From: a virus
Virus record (IMG/VR): IMGVR_UViG_3300020183_000015
Location: 69,947-133,946 of that record
Length of the DNA stretch: 64,000 nt
Direction: 5' to 3' (one strand)
Part shown: positions 59,106 through 64,000 of the stretch, one piece after another
How positions within the stretch are numbered: position 1 is the stretch's first letter
How the letters are laid out: every line of letters begins with the position of its first letter
Made by a program: the position numbers and the translations under genes
The notes under the pieces: model-generated
Told to the model about the DNA's origin: nothing
The model's database searches: none
Seen by the model: only the letters and a program-made list of their open reading frames with translations

Positions 59106-60413
59106 ATGGAAAAAAAAGAATACATCAAAAACAGATTCAAAAAAATTCTTTCAGAAAATTTAGAGTCAAGAGCCGACAAGCTAATGGAAAGAATTAAATT
59201 GAATTTAGACAAAGAAGTCCCTTTCAGCAAACCTGGAAAATCTTTCGATTATGTTAAAGAAAGAGAAATATGTTCAGAGTGTGGGGGATATAAAGGTCGT
59301 GGCGAAATGATAGAAAAAGATATGTGTGAATGTGGATCTATGAATGAAAACTTAAAAGGGGGTCAAAAAAAATTGGACGTTGCTAAACCTTATGGTAAAC
59401 TTACTCGTGATGATTTTGACCAACTTAGAAAAGGTGTAAAAAAACACATGAAAGAATATACAATGGGTGATGATGACTCGGAGACGGTAAAATCATATGG
59501 GGATTTTTCCACCGATAGTCCGAAAAAAATTGGCAAGGTTAAAAATGTGGGAGACAGATTCCAAAGAAAAGTATCTAAAAAATTTGATGATTATGAATTA
59601 GAGGAAGAAATGGAAGAAGGTAATAAATTTTCAGGTGAACTATCAAAAGCTACAAAAGAAGGAAGAAAATCTTTTCAAGTTGATGGAAAAACATATCCCG
59701 TAAAGAAAAATAAAGTTGATGAAACTAAGTACAGAATAGTTTCTAATGGACAAAGTGCGATTTTTACTGAAAACGAAGTAATAGATATTATTGAAAACAT
59801 AGTAAATGAAGAGAAAGTGAAAAGTAATATAAAAAATCAAACAGTACCCAAAGGGTATACAGAATACGAAAGAGTACATAAAGAGGATAAAAGAGAAGAA
59901 GACAAGTACTTTAAAGATTTAGCTAAAAAAATGAAAGAGTATCTTAAGAATGGTTCTAAAGGAAAATATGAAATGAATCCTAAACATTTTCCTGTTGGTA
60001 ACGGTGAATTAGAAGAAATAGAAAAAATGGCATTTTCGTTAACAGACGATAACGAAGACTTTAATTATCAAATAGCTGGTTTACAAATACCAGTTCCTGA
60101 TGCTATTGAGTTTAATGATGAAAGGATGGATAAATATTATGAAGGTTCATCTGAAACCGGTAATGCTCCAGGTGGTAACGCTCTCGAGTCAAAGGCTAAT
60201 TCTCGTTTTAATAAGTTCAGAAAGAATCAAACTTTAGATAAACTAAAAAAACAAGCATATAATAAATCACCACAACCTGTGTTTAACGAGAAATCAGGAC
60301 AAGAAAAAGGTGAAGGAATTAAAATCAAATTAGAATCTATTGAAGATAAAAAAGTTATTTCAGAAATTGAAATAATGAGAAATCTAATAGGTTATAATCA
60401 AAAAACACAATAA
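59106..60413 (+). CDS. Charged protein, possibly a prohead core/internal protein
   Basis: Lys/Glu-rich, many (I/L/M/V)xE sites, CSECG...CECG, TATTTAT upstream. Confidence 0.5.
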   Translation: MEKKEYIKNRFKKILSENLESRADKLMERIKLNLDKEVPFSKPGKSFDYVKEREICSECGGYKGRGEMIEKDMCECGSMNENLKGGQKKLDVAKPYGKLTRDDFDQLRKGVKKHMKEYTMGDDDSETVKSYGDFSTDSPKKIGKVKNVGDRFQRKVSKKFDDYELEEEMEEGNKFSGELSKATKEGRKSFQVDGKTYPVKKNKVDETKYRIVSNGQSAIFTENEVIDIIENIVNEEKVKSNIKNQTVPKGYTEYERVHKEDKREEDKYFKDLAKKMKEYLKNGSKGKYEMNPKHFPVGNGELEEIEKMAFSLTDDNEDFNYQIAGLQIPVPDAIEFNDERMDKYYEGSSETGNAPGGNALESKANSRFNKFRKNQTLDKLKKQAYNKSPQPVFNEKSGQEKGEGIKIKLESIEDKKVISEIEIMRNLIGYNQKTQ

Positions 60414-60453
60414 TTTACAAAAATTGTTTTGTTGTTAATTTTTTTCATAGTGA

Positions 60454-60924
60454 ATGCTTATGGAAAATTTATACAATTATATTTCTAAACAGGTCGATCC
60501 TGAAGAAGTAGATATTTGGTTCAAAATCAATAACATCATACCAGAAAAACTTGAGTTGTATTATGACTTCTGTCATTCGTTATACCTATTGATAACCTCA
60601 ACATATTTAGGGGACGACGACAACAAAGAAACCAACATTCAAATGACCGAAGAAGATAACCTAAAACATTTTGTTTGGTGTTGGAACAAAAATTTAGAAA
60701 ACTTTTCAAAAGAAAATATTCTATTCGAATTAAATGGAAGTCATTTTGATTATTTCCATACCTTCTTCTATGATATTTTCTACAATCAAAAAGAAAAAAA
60801 AATTAAAGGATCAATCGAGTTTTTTTTCCACGATCTTTTCAGTCGTGAGAAACCTTTCACTCAAATAGATTTAGATCTGATATACAATATTTACAAATCC
60901 TTGGATAAAAACTTACTTGTTTAG
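60454..60924 (+). CDS. Hypothetical protein
   Basis: About 155-aa ORF; likely start ATG 60460. Confidence 0.7.
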   Translation: MLMENLYNYISKQVDPEEVDIWFKINNIIPEKLELYYDFCHSLYLLITSTYLGDDDNKETNIQMTEEDNLKHFVWCWNKNLENFSKENILFELNGSHFDYFHTFFYDIFYNQKEKKIKGSIEFFFHDLFSREKPFTQIDLDLIYNIYKSLDKNLLV

Positions 60925-60987
60925 ACTTTACTAATACATGCCCTAAATTTATTTTTAATTGAAATAAATCATTCAAAAAAAATTGAA

Positions 60988-61158
60988 ATGGAAACTTTAG
61001 AAAAAATCAAAGAATTAACTGAACAGTTAAGCGTTGACGTTAATAAATTTTTCGGGGGTAACAATAGTGCTGGAACAAGAGCAAGAAAAGTATCTCAAGA
61101 TTTGAAAAGTTTACTTCAACTACTTAGATCAGAAATTTTAGAAAAAAGAAAGAAATAA
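60988..61158 (+). CDS. Histone H1-like Hc1-family protein, 56 aa (absent from ORF track)
   Basis: METLEKIKELTEQLSVDVNKFFGGNNSAGTRARKVSQDLKSLLQLLRSEILEKRKK contains the GNxxAGTRARK signature. Confidence 0.85.
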   Translation: METLEKIKELTEQLSVDVNKFFGGNNSAGTRARKVSQDLKSLLQLLRSEILEKRKK

Positions 61159-61159
61159 G

Positions 61160-61354
61160 ATGAAGATAGATCTAAACACACTATTTTTATTTCTTTTTAT
61201 TCTTTCTTGTGTTTATGTCCTAAACTCAATTGTTAAACTGGTGGTGTCTGTTTTACAAACACCACCGAAACAATTAGTTTACTCAAACATTGAAAAAGTT
61301 TATAATTATTTATTTTTTACATATTTTATAACATACATAATACAAAATATTTAA
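61160..61354 (+). CDS. Small two-TM membrane protein
   Basis: Two hydrophobic stretches. Confidence 0.65.
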   Translation: MKIDLNTLFLFLFILSCVYVLNSIVKLVVSVLQTPPKQLVYSNIEKVYNYLFFTYFITYIIQNI

Positions 61355-61355
61355 C

Positions 61356-61790
61356 ATGGGATTATACTCAGATTTAGAAGATGTTTTCGAATACTTAATA
61401 TCAGTTAGAAAACTAAAAAACTATTTGTCGTTTGATATTGAGTTACCAAGAACATGGAAAATTCCTAAAAAATATGCAAACGAAGAAAAAGTAGTTGAAT
61501 TACAAAATAAAAATGAAAACAGAAGAAGTTTTTCATTTGTTTCAGAATTCCAACAGTCAGATGTAGATTTGATAGTCACAAATATCAAAAACATCATTGC
61601 TTACAACAAAGAAATTGAACAAAAAGAAAAACTTTTACAACAAAAAATACAAGAGCTAAAAAGTATATTTGATAAAACAAATTTAGATAATTTACAATCA
61701 CTTAAGTTTGAAATAATTGAACAATCACTAACAAATGGAGAAGAAGTATTCGACACAGATAGAAAAAGAAGTGGAGTTGTTCAGAAATGA
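61356..61790 (+). CDS. Hypothetical coiled-coil protein
   Basis: 144 aa in a tight operon. Confidence 0.7.
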   Translation: MGLYSDLEDVFEYLISVRKLKNYLSFDIELPRTWKIPKKYANEEKVVELQNKNENRRSFSFVSEFQQSDVDLIVTNIKNIIAYNKEIEQKEKLLQQKIQELKSIFDKTNLDNLQSLKFEIIEQSLTNGEEVFDTDRKRSGVVQK

Positions 61791-61935
61791 AGTAGAAAAA
61801 GACAAAATTGAACTTGATAGAGAAAAAAAAGAATTTATTGAGTCGATTAAACAAATTAAAAAGGATGAAATCATCCTTAAAGAAAATTCATTAACACTAT
61901 GGGAGAGGATCAAAAAAGTGATATCGGGATCTTAG
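61735..61935 (+). CDS. Hypothetical protein
   Basis: 66-aa charged helix ending LWERIKKV. Confidence 0.6.
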   Translation: MEKKYSTQIEKEVELFRNEVEKDKIELDREKKEFIESIKQIKKDEIILKENSLTLWERIKKVISGS

Positions 61936-62222
61936 AAAAATTGGCAATGATTACAGACGCAGCACAAACACTTTTTCCAAATGGAAGATGTTTGATTTTG
62001 TTTGAATTAGATTTAGAAGATTATAAGTTAGTACAAAACCATTTTAGAAAAATAGACAACGATCACAAAAAGTTCACAATTGACATTTCAGGGGTAGAGC
62101 TTGTCTTTATACTTAAAGGTTTCATTGAAGAAAATAAACCTGAGAAAGAAAATTCGTTAGTTACACCTGTTTGGAAAAAAATATTAAACACTTTGAGAAT
62201 ACGTAGTAAATCTCCGATATAG
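61899..62222 (+). CDS. Hypothetical protein
   Basis: 107 aa, overlapping the previous gene. Confidence 0.65.
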   Translation: MGEDQKSDIGILEKLAMITDAAQTLFPNGRCLILFELDLEDYKLVQNHFRKIDNDHKKFTIDISGVELVFILKGFIEENKPEKENSLVTPVWKKILNTLRIRSKSPI

Positions 62223-62831
62223 AGCTGATTTTTTGAAACCTTTATTTTTTAAGGTCTCGTAAAGATATTTTTTTTGTTCTTTTGAGGTGTCAGGTACAAT
62301 TAAAATATCAGACCTGTTGTTATTCACAGTTCGATAAGTCAATACCTCTAAAAATCTAGAAGAATCGGATTCACATTTGAAAGAAAATAAGTGACACTTA
62401 TCGTCATTTTGTACTACAACTTTGTTGTTCAGTTTAGATACCAATTTCAAACTACTTTCAGGCAAATATTCTTTTTCAAAAACAAAAAAAGTTATTTTTT
62501 GTTTTTTGGCAACGTCATAAAACTCCTCCTCAATATTGTAAGGATCCAAATTAATGATGTTGTAGCCGAAATCAATTTCTGTATTTATTAATCTACCCAA
62601 ATTATCTCTAACTGTAAATTTATTTTTATCATTTGAGGATACACCCAATAAACTTATCTCAAAATCACAACTTTTACCATTCTCTACAGATTTTTTAAAA
62701 ACAACTTCATTTGATTTTAACAAGTATTTGTAATATTTTTTTGCTCTATCTAAAGTCTTAAACTTGTTGATTATTTTCTTTCTTTCTTTATTTTTAAAAA
62801 GAACAATTAAATAGTTTCCTGAATTATTCAT
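62184..62831 (-). CDS. Hypothetical protein
   Basis: 215-aa minus-strand ORF with TATTTAT 14 nt upstream. Confidence 0.75.
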   Translation of the reverse strand: MNNSGNYLIVLFKNKERKKIINKFKTLDRAKKYYKYLLKSNEVVFKKSVENGKSCDFEISLLGVSSNDKNKFTVRDNLGRLINTEIDFGYNIINLDPYNIEEEFYDVAKKQKITFFVFEKEYLPESSLKLVSKLNNKVVVQNDDKCHLFSFKCESDSSRFLEVLTYRTVNNNRSDILIVPDTSKEQKKYLYETLKNKGFKKSALYRRFTTYSQSV

Positions 62832-62886
62832 AAAGTTGGGATATAATAAATAATAAATTACGGTTTCATATAATAAATAACACGGT

Positions 62887-63798
62887 ATGGTTGAAGAAAA
62901 TTTTTATCAGGTTTTGGGTGTAAGTGAAAATGCAACACAAGATGAAATAAAAAAGGCCTATAGAAAAATGGCAAAAGAAAATCATCCAGACACAGGAGGC
63001 GATGAAAACAAATTCAAAAAGATTTCTGAGGCCTACGAAACATTATGCGACGAAGGAAAAAAACAAGATTACGATTATAGAAGAAATAACCCATTCGATG
63101 GTGGATTCGACAGTTTTTTCAATAACATGTTCAATATGAACAACAGACGACCTAGAGCTCATACCACAACAATTACAATCAATATTGGTGTTGTTGAGTC
63201 ATACAGAGGAGGAAAAAAAACAATAAATTATCAAAGAAATACCATGTGCGAACCTTGTAATGGAACTGGTGGCGATAAAGTCACATGTTCTACCTGTAAA
63301 GGTAAAGGTTCGTTTGTTAGACAAGTAAACAACGGAATGTTTGTACAAATGGTTCAGGTTGAATGCCCATCTTGTAAAGGACAAGGAAAAATTATCACAA
63401 ACCCATGTTATCAATGTCAAGGATCAGGTCAGAAAAAAGAAGTAAAAAATGTGGACATATCATTACCACATGGTATAGATAACGGGCAGTTTTTAAGACT
63501 CCAAGGTATGGGTGATTTTATTAACGGAAGTTTTGGTGATTTAGTAGTTAAAGTTAACTTGGTGCCAGAAAACAATTTTGACAGAGTAAACCAACATTTA
63601 ATTTACAATTATTTTATGAATATGGAGGAATTAAAAGAAGGTAATTTGAAAATCCCACATCCTGATGGCGACCTATCTATAAAATTACCAATAAATGTAG
63701 ATACCTCAAAACCACTTAGAGTTAGAGGTAAAGGGTTCAAAAACGAAAGGGTTGGGGATTTAATTGTAAATCAATTCTTAAAATTTACTAGAGGTTAG
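62887..63798 (+). CDS. dnaJ: DnaJ chaperone (type I architecture)
   Basis: J domain with HPD, short G/F region, four CxxCxGxG repeats and C-terminal domain. Confidence 0.95.
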   Translation: MVEENFYQVLGVSENATQDEIKKAYRKMAKENHPDTGGDENKFKKISEAYETLCDEGKKQDYDYRRNNPFDGGFDSFFNNMFNMNNRRPRAHTTTITINIGVVESYRGGKKTINYQRNTMCEPCNGTGGDKVTCSTCKGKGSFVRQVNNGMFVQMVQVECPSCKGQGKIITNPCYQCQGSGQKKEVKNVDISLPHGIDNGQFLRLQGMGDFINGSFGDLVVKVNLVPENNFDRVNQHLIYNYFMNMEELKEGNLKIPHPDGDLSIKLPINVDTSKPLRVRGKGFKNERVGDLIVNQFLKFTRG

Positions 63799-63956
63799 AA
63801 TAAACCCACTAAAAAACTTATCAAAGAAACTAAACCCCAAATTGCTAAAGAAACTACTATACCTCCAGCAATGAAAACTGTGTTAACTACGCTTTTAACT
63901 TTGGGACTTTTTTTACATGCTTGACACCCAACTTTAGTTGCATTTTCTTTTTCCAT
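63795..63956 (-). CDS. 53-aa CxxC + TM protein (absent from ORF track)
   Basis: MEKENATKVGCQACKKSPKVKSVVNTVFIAGGIVVSLAIWGLVSLISFLVGLF. Confidence 0.6.
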   Translation of the reverse strand: MEKENATKVGCQACKKSPKVKSVVNTVFIAGGIVVSLAIWGLVSLISFLVGLF

Positions 63957-64000
63957 ACCTATAATTTAATTATCAGTTAGTTGAAAATAAATATCAAAAA

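Noticed and set aside
1-64000. Stop-codon reassignment as seen in some large phages
   Set aside because: Core genes are intact and densely packed in the standard code; TAG and TGA end full-length genes (e.g. 12016, 20190, 52901).
1-64000. CRISPR array, tRNA, reverse transcriptase/DGR, intron or intein
   Set aside because: No spaced direct repeats, cloverleaf or RT motifs were noticed. The helicase, RecA and RNR are normal length with no insertions.

Overview
AT-rich, gene-dense, almost entirely plus-strand segment of a large (jumbo-type) contractile-tailed dsDNA phage, read in the standard code. Two baseplate/tail/fibre blocks (1-8.8 kb; 17.9-45.9 kb) alternate with T4-like replication/recombination genes: gp32-like SSB, RecA/UvsX, RNase H-type 5'-3' exonuclease, DnaB helicase, class II ribonucleotide reductase, RuvC, primase, PD-(D/E)XK exonuclease and Mre11/Rad50. 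The window also carries a phage sigma70 factor, a putative lysis block (amidase plus spanin-like proteins), an Hc1 histone-like protein and DnaJ. SprB-like repeats, Hc1, a DUF6576-like tail and the lack of Shine-Dalgarno leaders point to a Bacteroidota host (inference). Main points of interest: (1) a glycosyltransferase with motifs of plant peptidyl-Ser/Hyp O-glycosyltransferases (GT96/GT95) sitting among Cys-rich fibre genes with Thr/Ser-Pro stalks, a candidate virion O-glycosylation system; (2) a GC-rich pseudoknotted RNA candidate after the sigma gene; (3) an apparently re-split Mre11-Rad50; (4) two promoter classes, TTGACT-17-TATAAT and TATTTAT. All family assignments come from motif recognition by eye; no searches were run.
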